A stretch of DNA of 41,098 nucleotides from contig WELA01001098.1 of the NCBI GenBank assembly GCA_009602735.1, positions 297,481 through 338,578 of the forward strand, read 5' to 3'. The position numbers and the translations under genes are program-made. This DNA is from Mesotaenium endlicherianum. Taxonomy: Eukaryota. The notes under the pieces were generated by a model. That model worked only from the letters and a program-made list of their open reading frames with translations. It was not told the origin of the DNA and searched no databases. Below are positions 9,272-20,574 of this stretch, one piece after another (the stretch's first letter is position 1; every line of letters starts with the position of its first letter).

Positions 9272-12200
9272 ATGAGTTGGCAGAGGAAGTCAAATGCGCA
9301 GCCAGCCAGGAACAAGAAGGTATGGGCAGGTCAGGGGTCCCCTGTGTTGTCGTTCAGTGTCGTCGTTTACCTTACAGTGTTTGCTAAATTATCATCTATT
9401 TTCGGAAGCGTGGAAGGCTGAAGGCTGAAGAGCATGAAGATTTTAGAGTCTGAACAGGGATTGATCTTGTGGGTTTGCACAAGCCTTGATGACGAGAAGT
9501 TAACGATGAGTTATCTATTTTGAGCACAATGCCACCCTGGTTTTACGTGCAACCAACTTATTCACACTCAACCCAAACAAACCTCCACGTGCACTTGCAC
9601 TGAGATCTTTTGAAGGATGAAGTTTAAGGAAAGGGTCAAGAAGGAAGAGACCTCCATTTGCATGCCCACACGCAAGACCCAGGGCAACAAATCATCACCA
9701 TTGCTGATAGGTGTCAAGTCATGGGCCATGGGTGCTTTTAATTCTTCACCGGACTTTTTAATGGTGGGGAATAAGGTCCATGTTGCCTAGTGCAATTTAT
9801 TGTCCTCGACACTTTGTGGATGGAGTAAAATTTGCCGATGCGTGCATGAACCATACATCAAACATAAGGTGTGGTATTCTAAGCAGGAAATTGCATGCAT
9901 ATACTTCAACATATTATACATATACCATTGGGGATACACAACGTGTGTGAATACACCGCACGATAGATCATTCTAAGCAGGAAGACGTGTATATGAAGCA
10001 GAATGTCATGTCGTATCCCAACGGGTACACACTGATGGCATTCTTCTCAAGGTATTGCTCTGATTACAAAAAATATATAGATTAATAAGTGTTATAGAGG
10101 AAATAAAAATCAGCAGGGGATTAACGAGCGGCTCATGAGCGATGCGCGTCCATGTCCGTGGCATGCAGGGCAATGCCAGCAGCTCCAGCGATGGCCTCTC
10201 CAAGCTGCTGCCCCTTATACCTGCAGCTCTCGCAGGCTTTGCTGCGGGCTTCTGGGTGAGCAAGCACACGCAGTCCCAGGGGGGTGGGGGCAGCAGTGCC
10301 GGAGGGGCCGCCCCGCAGAAGCGCGGCACGGGGGGAAGCAGGAAACCCTCCATGGGAAGAGGGGCCACCATGGCGGGGACAGCTGGCGACAGCACGGGCG
10401 GGGATTACGTGGCACCGTCGGGCTCGTCCGAACTCAAAATGGTGACTCCTCAAATCCAGAGCCTTCGATTCCTTGCCCGGGGCTTGCCAACCCCCTTCAG
10501 CTTCTCAACCGGCAATCGTGGCAAAGTGCGAAGACTGGCTGTGCATGTGCCATGTGGCTGCATGTGGATGATGCTCCACTGCTCACGTGCATGCGCACAT
10601 GTGTGTGTGTGTGTGTGTGTGTGAGTGAGCGACAGAGAGAGTGTGTGTGCGCGTGCGTTTATGCATGTGTGTGCATTTTTGTGAGGGAGAAAGAGCGAGA
10701 GAGCAAAAGAGTCAGGAAGAAGGGGCTTGGGCGAGGGGGGGGGGGNNNNNNNNNNNNNNNNNNNNNNNNNNNNNNNNNNNNNNNNNNNNNNNNNNNNNNN
10801 NNNNNNNNNNNNNNNNNNNNNNNNNNNNNNNNNNNNNNNNNNNNNNNNNNNNNNNNNNNNNNNNNNNNNNNNNNNNNNNNNNNNNNNNNNNNNNNNNNNN
10901 NNNNNNNNNNNNNNNNNNNNNNNNNNNNNNNNNNNNNCCCCAAACACCCCCCGCCATGCTGCAAACCCTGGCCTGCGTTCCCTCTCCTTGTGTCCCGGAG
11001 TGCAGAACCCTAGGGTGCCTCAAACCTTAGCCCGCCCATTCTCCCCTACGCCTTAAACCCTGAACGCCGGATTGCACTGCCACTCCGCCTCCTGCCCATC
11101 TGCCCCAATCAGCATGTGCCGTCTCACGCATGCTGCAAATCCTGACATGCAGTACCTTTTCCGGCTTAAACCCTGAAATGCAAAAAGCCTCCTACCCCAC
11201 GCCTGTAACCCTCTCAGGCCTTTTCGTTCCCTCTCAGTGGCCACCCTCCCTTTGGAGCCTTCAAGCCTTGCCTGCTCGTTATCCCTCTATATGCCTATCG
11301 AGTGCGTGCGTGCACGCACGCGCGTGTGCGTGCGTGTCTGCGTGTGGTGTGCGTGCGTGCAAGCGTGCGTGTGTATGTATGTGTGTGCGTGCACACGCGT
11401 GCGCGTGTGTGTGTGTTTTGTGTGTGTGTGTGTGTGTCTGTGCGCGCGTGTGTGCTTCCTTCCTCAGTTTTCTCCTGGAATTGGGGGGGAAAGGGGGGGG
11501 ATGGGTGGGGGGGGGTCTTGGGCGAGCAGATGCGGCAGTGGGCATGTTGTCAGAGCTGCAGTCCAGGTGGGCAGGCGCACGCACCTTCCCGGCTCCTTCC
11601 TCCTCCAGTCTCTATCCCCCACTCTCTCGCGTCCCCTCCTCCCTCGTTCGCTCGCTCCCCCCGCTCTCCCCTCCTCCCCTCTCCGCCCTTTTGCATATCT
11701 CTTCCCTCTCCTCCCTGCCCACTCTCCCCTTCTTGCTCGCCTTCTCGTGCTCGTCTACCCCTGACCTTATAGGAGGAGGAGATTCCTTATGTGACTCAAG
11801 ACTCCTGTTTTTAATAGAATGCTTACTGTTTAGGGTGGAGGCTTAGGCCTCCTTGTTCCGCTTCCACGTGCTCTCCCCTTTACGGGGCATTGCGAATATG
11901 AATTTGGGGGACGGATTTAGCACCTCAAAAAGGACAAAAACAAAAACCAATATAAACAAAACAAAACAGAGAAAAAAGAAAGGGGGGGCGGGGACGTGTG
12001 TGAATACGGTTTCCGGGAGGAAAGAAGGGAGGCCTGAAGAGAGCACCCCGGGCCTCCCGATACAACCTTCCCACATCACCGGACGTGTTTCCTGTGCGCA
12101 TGCGAGAATGGTTGCGTGCGCGCCTCATCGAAGTCCGACAAGCTTTGGCCCCTACAGCTCGCCTTTTTGGATTCACCTCTGCCCCTCTACCACTGGGGAC

Positions 12201-13888
12201 CTGTTATCATAGGAGCTTAAATCAAAGGAAGCAAGGCTCAAGCAACCTGAACCCCGTTCCCTGCCCGCCCCTTTGCCCGCCCACGCCTTTGCCTGCCCGC
12301 GTGTGGAGTGCAGCAACCGGCGGCTGCTGCAGCAGTACGAGAATTGCGGGCAGCCCAAAATTGTGGTCTCCTGCAAGTCCCTCCAAGAGTTGTGAGTGTG
12401 CTCCTCCTCCTGCTGCTGCTGGTGTCATGTGCTGCTACTGCTGCTGCAACCAGCTGCCCCGATGCCCTGCTTTCAACTGTCCCTTAGCTTCCTGCTCAGA
12501 AAAATGTCCTTTGGAGCACCAATGTTGTTCCTCTTCACTTTCAGGGATCCGTTTTTTTGTCCATCTCTCTTGGAGTGTCAGGGTTAGGGTTCTGAGGGGT
12601 AGGATTTATCTTGTCCAAGGACGCACATCGACGCAGGGGAAGGAGAAAGGCCCCCCGTCAAACCTGCCCTGCTGGCGCATTGCTGTTGTTGCACTGTGCT
12701 GACTCGTAGGTTGCTGCTCGACAAGGATAGGGCATCATGTGACAGCTGGCATCTTCAACGGGGCGTCTTTGACGGGGGCGGTCCGACTGTGGCCTGCATG
12801 CAGTGCGTAGCCTTCTGTATACATGTACATGTATACCTACATATATATATATATATATATATATATACTGTACATGTATATACAAATGCATGTTATATGT
12901 TTTTCTGTATATATATTGTAATAATTGTATACGTATACATCTTTGTCAATGCTTATCCACCTATCCTACAATGCTTTGCGGTTCAAATTGTGCATGTGCT
13001 GTGCGCATTCAGTACATCGGAGGCGGTCACGCTTCCTCCCGGCCTGACTCGCTTGCCCGGGCCCAAAAAAACAAAATAGATGAATAAACGCTTGACTTAC
13101 GAGTGCACGTCTGTTGCACGCCTCCCGATGAGTGGACGCCTCTCCCCCTTTCTGCCGCCGCCTGCGTGTGCGCCCGCACGTGCGCACACACACCCACGCG
13201 CACGCGCACATCCTCAACGCACATGCAAACCCGCACATGCAAGCGCACATGCATATGCGCACTCGCACGCGCACACACGCTCTCGTGGATGCATCTGTAT
13301 CCTGCTGTGCTGCCGAATGCCTTGAACCCGCGGGCCGCACCTGTCGCAGGAACGAGCTCAAGGGGCGCGCCAGCGGGCTGAAGCTGCCAACCTACGTGGT
13401 GCAGGACGCCGGCCGCACGCAGGTGGGCCTAGGAGCGTGGGAACTCGGCCCTCGGGTTCTGAGTCTGGGTTGGGTTCTGAGTTGGATTCGGGGTTGACAT
13501 GATCTGAGGCCTCTGTTTAGCCAGCTTCTAGGGGTCCTCTGTGCCTGCGGCTGACCTCGACCGGCCTCGCAGAACACCTCCACCTCCTCCTTGATAGGGC
13601 GCCAACCCCAAATGCCGATTTCTTCTTCCCTTTTCTTTGCTGTTATTGGACCCAGTCTTCCGCTTTGGTGCCTATTATTTGCACAGCCGTGTATGGCTAC
13701 TTGCAGGAGGGCATGAATTGATCATATGTGAAGGTAGCATTCCAGCGCCTTCTGGTGAAGGGGGGGGGGGAGGGTGGGGGTGGGGGGATGCCCGGGGAGT
13801 ATGAGTACAGCATAATTGGCAATAGGAATTACCCATGTGTTTACCGGAGTGATGTTACGTCTACCTGTATTTGTACATGCAAATGTGC

Positions 13889-13939
<51 letters not shown>

Positions 13940-14804
13940 CGCGAGCGTGCACTGGCAAGGGGGCAAGAGGGTGGAGAAGGGTGTTGGAGTGACGGTTGAC
14001 CAAGCATGCTTTGGAGGTTGACTGTGGGGCTGAGGGAAGTCCGTTACTGAGCCGGGGTTGGCTGCTGGGCTTCGTCGGTTTGTTGGCTGACAGGTGGCGG
14101 CCGGGTCAAAGACGGTGCTGGCAATTGGGCCAGGTACAACTTGTCTGCTTGACCACGTGTGAAATAGCGCTCGTGCAAACAAGCGTGCGTGCGTGTGTCC
14201 ATGTGTGTATGGATGTGTGTGTGTGTGCACGTGTGCGCGCGTAAGTGCGTCCAAGTGTCTTCTCTTGTGCGTTCAGCAATGCGCGCTTTTGTGTGCAGGC
14301 GGGGGCACATCCTCTCTCAAAGCACACATGACAGGACACATGCATCGGATTTATTTGAATGAGGGTGACAGTCGCTTACAGTAGAGAGGGCACATGTCCA
14401 GAGAAGGAAGCAGAGAACTGTCTTTGTTCATGCAGACTCGTATGCATGCATGCATGCATGCACCTGCCCTGCATGCACCTGGATTGGATGCACTTAAAGT
14501 CCGCGACTCCCAATAGTTCACTAGAATTTGTCCGAACGTGAGCTTGCACTGCTGTCATCAGCTCGAACTACATAGTATTCTTAATTCTTTTGACACTTTG
14601 TCGGAACGTGAAATGACATTGTTGTGTACTTGTCCTTAGCAGTATTTTAGGGGTTGTCACGGGGGGACAACAAGAAGGACTTCTAATCAACACCCGATCA
14701 ACGTAAGCTCTTATCTGTTCTCATTCTTTGAGCACGTGTGTTGCATGCTCGCAGGAGACAAGGCCAGCGTGGACCAAGTGACGCGCCACCTGCGCCTGCT
14801 CTAG
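9272..14804 (+). CDS. PTH2: Peptidyl-tRNA hydrolase 2 (Pth2 family) with N-terminal membrane anchor; exons 9272-9319, 10169-10441, [one exon missing, probably in gap 10746-10937], 11530-11566, 12314-12391, 13350-13422, 14094-14133, 14755-14804
   Basis: Spliced translation: ...LLPLIPAALAGFAAGFWV...SELKM|..|(H)AAVGMLSELQSS NRRLLQQYENCGQPKIVVSCKSLQEL NELKGRASGLKLPTYVVQDAGRTQ VAAGSKTVLAIGPG DKASVDQVTRHLRLL*. It contains the Pth2 signatures GQPKIVV, DAGRTQ and TVLAIGPG. Visible junctions are GT-AG and in phase. Exon 1 (MSWQRKSNAQPARNKK) is less certain; alternative ATGs are at 10142 and 10163. Confidence 0.92.
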
Positions 14805-16359
14805 CCCTCGCGTTGCCACCTGGACAGGAGATGCATGCCGAGAGAGAGGGCCCTCACGCTGCCACCTGGTGGAACCACCCAGGAACCAAGCGCGGGACCC
14901 CTCAGAGCTCAGAGCCCGTCTCCTCCCCCCCCCCCCTCCANNNNNNNNNNNNNNNNNNNNNNNNNNNNNNNNNNNNNNNNNNNNNNNNNNNNNNNNNNNN
15001 NNNNNNNNNNNNNNNNNNNNNNNNNNNNNNNNNNNNNNNNNNNNNNNNNNNNTCCCCCGCCCCCCACCCACCACCCACACACCGACCCTGTCCCCGAGTA
15101 AGGCTGGTTTTGTTCTTCCTGCAAGCGGACACAGCACCCAGCATAGAAGACGCACACACGCACGCACGCACGCACACACGCACGCGCACGCGCGCATCCA
15201 CGCATTCAGCCGTAGGTTTTGCCCGCACCTGTGTGGGCTGCACAGTGATGAGGCTTATTCTTTTTTGTTTCCGATCGAATGCGGTGAGCCCGCGCCGGCG
15301 CCACCTGGCAAGTTTGAGCTCTGCAGACAGCCCCCCAGCCCCCCCGCGAGGTAGCCCGGGCGTTGAGGGTCCTTCTTGTATAAGTTTATTCTTAAGACTG
15401 CAGGGTTCTTTCTTTACCAGTCTTTCCAAAGTTTCCAGCTCTCCAGTAGTTGCCGCAGCTCTTGGCGTACTCCCACCTGCCCCTTCGCTTCTCCCATTTC
15501 TCAAAGAGACCTCTAGCAAGCAGCGTACTTCGTCCCACAGGTTTCGATTTAAGATCGACCAGACTCCTCCGGGCTCCCCCAGGTTTCGGGGAACAAATGT
15601 GAATGACAAGTATTGGCATCGTGGGGAGCTGGAAGCTCATCCACCATTGCAAACAATCTGGAATCGCATGCAGATCCTGATTGTAGGATAGTCTTAGTCC
15701 AAGCCCTTGAACCAGCGGGTTCCTTGCCCCCGCGCAGCATTCCCATGAACTTAGAACGTGTCACATGTTTGCGCCGTGCACCAGGTGCTATTCTAAGAAC
15801 CACCAAATGCCGTGTGGCAACGCACAATACTTGTACTGCTTGTAATACAACTCGCGGAACTCGTTATTTCAGTTAAATGCAGAACTCGCAGCTCTCATTA
15901 TATCATGCTGAACAAGACTTAAGACTCGCATGAATTTACAATTGAAGTGTGAGCCGCAGCAAATTGCACGAGGCTATGTAGCAACATGCAAAGTAGCAAA
16001 GAACGAACGATTTGAGTCGACTCACAGGTCAGCAGCGGTACATAATTGTGCATGATTGAGATTGGGTAGCATAAATGCGCGTCTTTAGATGCACCCATAA
16101 AGGCATTCAGATCGTTGTATAAATTAATGAATATTGAAAAAGCTGCAACAAACTAATTGCCCCTGCCAGCCCGATGGCAACCACTTCGGATTCGCCCATA
16201 CATACGTATGAGTGTGTGGCGACTGAAGGATATCCGGTGCAGGCTAATGTAAATTTGAAAAAAAGGGAGCTAGTTTACACTTCCTACATAAAGTTTGGTG
16301 CCATTTATTCTATTCCTGCAGAAGCTACATACTTTACCCTTTGAATCTCACAACCCATT

Positions 16360-16778
16360 CTATCGTACATACATGCCCCAGATGAGGTTCTTGTACGTCG
16401 CAGCGCAGACAGCCCCGCACTGCGCCCTGTACGTTTTGCACGTCCGGACCGTCAACCTTGATGTTATACCCGATGGAGGGGTACGGCGGGAAGGGGCAGA
16501 TTGGTCAGCAGTAGTCGGGAGCGCCGAGCTTGATCGGCAATGTCGTTCTTCCGAGACATGCGGCCTCGCTTTCTTGGATTCCGTTGCACCCTTCCCGGTT
16601 GAAGCCCCCCTTGGAAGCCGTCCCACATTGCTTGGCACATTGACGAGTACCACTTCCCGTTGACTCCGCACACCCACTTGGCCAATGGGGTGCATCCGCA
16701 GTCCCTTACCTCAGCATGCGTGACGGTGTGCTGCATGGCGTGGAGGACGCCCAAGGCGAGGAGAGCCCTCATGGCCAT
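16360..16778 (-). pseudogene. Decayed secreted two-domain Kazal-type protease inhibitor-like gene
   Basis: Signal-peptide-like MAMRALLALGVLHAMQ, then C-G-C-x7-C-x10-C-x3-(W) (CGCTPLAKWVCGVNGKWYSSMCQAMW), which is Kazal cysteine spacing. C6 is recovered after removing one base in the G6 run (16605-16610). In-frame TGA at 16507-16505. A second domain V(D)GPD(G)KTYRAQCGAVC needs removal of one base at 16440. Confidence 0.7.
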
Positions 16779-17012
16779 CCGAAGGATGCTCTGTGCGTGA
16801 AGGGATCGCCATCTTAATTGGGATCAATCACTCGAGCTGAAATGTGAGCTACAACATGACAAACTAGCTGCAAATCACATAAATTGGAAAGAAGAGAATT
16901 GTGTTGAGTAATCTCTCAGCGCACTAGTAATCTGTGAACTAATAGGGGAGTTGTGCGCAACTAAGGTCTTCGCTGTGAAGCACATGCTGAACAAAAATGC
17001 GGAGTGTCTCGC

Positions 17013-17018
17013 TTTATA
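17013..17018 (-). promoter_or_regulatory. Candidate TATA box of the Kazal-like gene
   Basis: TATAAA on the minus strand in otherwise mixed sequence, about 235 bp upstream of the ATG at 16778; position only. Confidence 0.3.
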
Positions 17019-20000
17019 AGCTCGCAGTTGGGCCCTTGAGCACGAGCAAAGCAAAAGTATCGCCCACCAGGGCTTTAACTTTCACAAAGTCACAGCTTAC
17101 AAAACTCTGAAACTATGGTATCTATGCTGGCGTGGCGTGAGCTCTTCACTCAACACCGCGCCTTAGCAGTTCACACTGCCGGCTAGGCTTGCTCAGTTCT
17201 TCATTCAGAGCTCTACTTGGTAATCCTGCTCTTGCTATCAGCAATTCGACAAATGGGACTTCTGAAAACTTGGAAACTAACACAGCACTCACCATTTTTT
17301 GTGCTCTTTGAAGTTTGCACGTTCGTGGTGTTTGGTCCGGATTTGCGCTAGCAATCCTAGCAAATTCTATTTTGCAAGCTCTCTAACTCCTACAAGTGAG
17401 ATCCCTTTTTGGGAACTCCTAGCTTTGACTTTCTATGATACAATGAGAGGGAATTCTTCAAGCGTCGGGCCGTCGACAGAATCGTGGCTTCTCGGCTCTT
17501 CTGTGGCCTTGGGAGCTCCTTCTCCTTCGCGCTTCTTCTTCTCCTCCCCTTTCGCTCCTGCGCTCCCTTCCGCTTCTTGGCAAAATGCGAGGGCAAGAAT
17601 GAGGCAAGTTCGTGCAAGGCTCGTGCCATTCCCAGGCACCACGCACGCCATTCTCTCTCGAGAACTCCAACGGTTAGTCACAACGCTTGGCTTGCATGTT
17701 GTCCTTGCAATGATCTAACTTAACAATCGCCACTTAGCATGCATGCATGCCTCGTGAGTCGTGACTGTCGCGCGTGATTTTTTGACTTCTCAGTCAGCAA
17801 TCACGCCTGCGTGGCCTGAGAGCTTACAACACTCGAGGTAGACGCCTAAGTTGTGGTTGTCATTCAAGAGGTCTTAGTTGGAGTGGCACACATACTCACA
17901 CAATTTTCTTGACTTGGCATTGCCAAGTTGGTTGTTCAATCAGTGTTGCCTTACTGGCATCCGTTGACATAGACTAATTGCTGGTCCCAGCTTAGTTAGC
18001 TTTTCAGCCGTCTTGTCTGTCAAATCCCACCCATTGCTGAGTGTCGATTTTACTTGTTGCAGTCACTCTTTCGTGTAACTTGAGCTTTTACTTTGATGCT
18101 AACTGTGTAAAAGTCAGTCTTTTGTTTGGGGAGTCAATGTCGACTTTCCGTACGTGGGCGGCTGTAACTTGCGTTGCGCGTGCGGCACCGTCAAACGGAT
18201 AGCAGACGCGACACGGATGTCGCGTAAAATCCCAGAATTTTCAATTTTTTCTTAAAAATTGTCGTCGGATGTTAAAGAATCTTACCAAATTTTGTTGGAT
18301 GTTCTTGAAAACCTGACCGTCGCCTAGAGCAGGCCAGAGCATGTTTCCAAAATTTTCCGAAATTTGCAAATTTTACCGAATCGAGGGGCCTGCTTCGGAG
18401 TCCTTGTCTTGGGAGTGTGGGAGAGCAGTTATTTAACCAACTTGGAGTATTTCCTTCCCCGATTTGACACAGTTACAGTTTGTTACCATTGGTTACAGTG
18501 CTTTAAAAAATTCAGCGCACAATTTGACTTTTGACAACAGTTGTAAATTGCGCAATGCAGAATAGTGTCAACAGGTCAATTGGCTCCTACAATAATTGCT
18601 CAATCAAAATCTGAACGTCGACAAGCCATGACAAGCAGTCACAAGTCAGGACCGTGATGACGTCGAGATCAAGTACAATAGTGTATACCTTGACGTCCAG
18701 AAACGAGGAGTCGAATTTGGTACGCGCCGTAAAGGGCTCTGTTGGGATCCAAAAGGTGGCACATCTTATGAGCACCAAATTTGTCTACTGCATGGACCGT
18801 TTTCTGGCCGCGGTGGCCATTACGTTACAAATTGATGGCACTGGTTTTTCACCTAAATAAGTACAAGATACACTTATGGAGACGCCCTTACGATTCTGGC
18901 AAGAATTCGGAAAAAGGATGATACCCCTTTATGTCTTTTGAGCTTGTCACAGAAGACGAGGATATCGTCAAAGCAAATTTCTTGCTAAAACAATTAGTGC
19001 TCAATGAATTCACATACATTTAAAGACCTTGAGACCTGATATGGTGAAGACTAATAACAAGATACATTCAAAGGTACCACCTGAGCTTCCTCGACGCTGT
19101 TGAATATAATTATGAAAGTCTTCAATTGGACTTTTCAAAGAATCAGGTAATATTAAGAACTTGTAAGGTATGCAAAAAAATTGGAATGTGGGTCACGAGT
19201 CTTATGTGACTCTCTAATGCAGCTCCTATATGTAATTTTTCAATTATGTTCTTCCTTCAAACATTCTACAACACGCACACATAACTGATTAGAACCGCAC
19301 ACTTCTCCTCATTATTTGTAGATGAAGGTCATCACGTCAAAGCAAAGGTGTAAGAAAAGGCCACAAAGAGACATAAAAGACTTGTGCCTGGTGTGGAAAA
19401 TACTTGCTTTGACATGGTAAGTGGTGTTGCGCGTTATTAAAAATGTGCAGCTATTGATAGTGCCATTCCACAAACTTCAAGATTGAAGAAATGTAGAAAA
19501 AGAAACAAGTGTACAAACACCTAAACAAATACAAGATCAATATGGAAACTTAAAACTTGCACACGAAAACATGCACACACTCCGCAATCTCACCCACGTT
19601 TTTACCCACGTTTTCACTGAAGCGTGTGCATCACAACGTAGCTAGAGTGCCACATCAATCATGCGATGTACTATAAACTCATACTCACAAGAAGCACATG
19701 CGCCACGCGTGAGATTGGCGGACTAATAGAATACGTTGGAGGAAGGATCTCCTTGAAATTTCTATGCATAACTCGATATGAAAGGCAATGTATATACATA
19801 CACATAACACAATATGTACAAGGGCTATGCATGTGAGCAACGCACCCAACCCAGATTACAACGAACCAATTCATCTTGCTCTTCTCCTCCTCCTTTGCCA
19901 GATCAGAGCTCCCCGCCCATGGCCCCCAATTGTCGCCGATATCTTTCAGCCATCTTAGCTTCTCCCCTGTTGGAAAAGTATTTTGACGATAACGACCCCA

Positions 20001-20574
20001 AGGATTTCAAAAACCCTTCAAGAACAGGGTCTGAACAACAGAGGGGGGGGGGGGGGGGNNNNNNNNNNNNNNNNNNNNNNNNNGGGGGGGGGGGGGTGGG
20101 GGAAGGAGAGACAAAAGAGAGGGACCCGGCTTAAACTCACTCAAACCATCCGGTCAGCCGAAAGTCATCTCTAATCAGGGCAAGCTTGCAGGGGGCTGGA
20201 AGTCAGCCCAGCGGCACTCTCCTCCTCCTGATGAGAGACCTTCACGTCAGCCCACCCCCACCTTCACCATTACTATTGCCCCACCTTCACCATTACTATT
20301 GCCCCAGCTCCCCCCCGCACCCCACCCCTGCTAGCACCCTCGCCCCAGCCCCGCCTCCAAGCCCACTAGCATCCGCGCCCCAGCCCCCATCCCCACCACC
20401 TCCATCCGCGCCCCTGCCGCCCCCGCTGCCCCAGCCCTCGCCCCAGGCGCCCCCCGCTCCTCCCATGCCGCTGCCGTCAACAAGAGCGCTCAGCTCGTGG
20501 TGCCGCTGCAGCCGCGTCGACAACGACACCAGCCGCTCGCTGTCCCGGAGGGTCGCGTCACCGCGCCCCTCGAT

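Noticed and set aside
16505..16507. In-frame TGA next to Cys as possible selenocysteine
   Set aside because: The same gene carries two frameshifts and lost cysteines, and no SECIS was recognised; a nonsense mutation is simpler.
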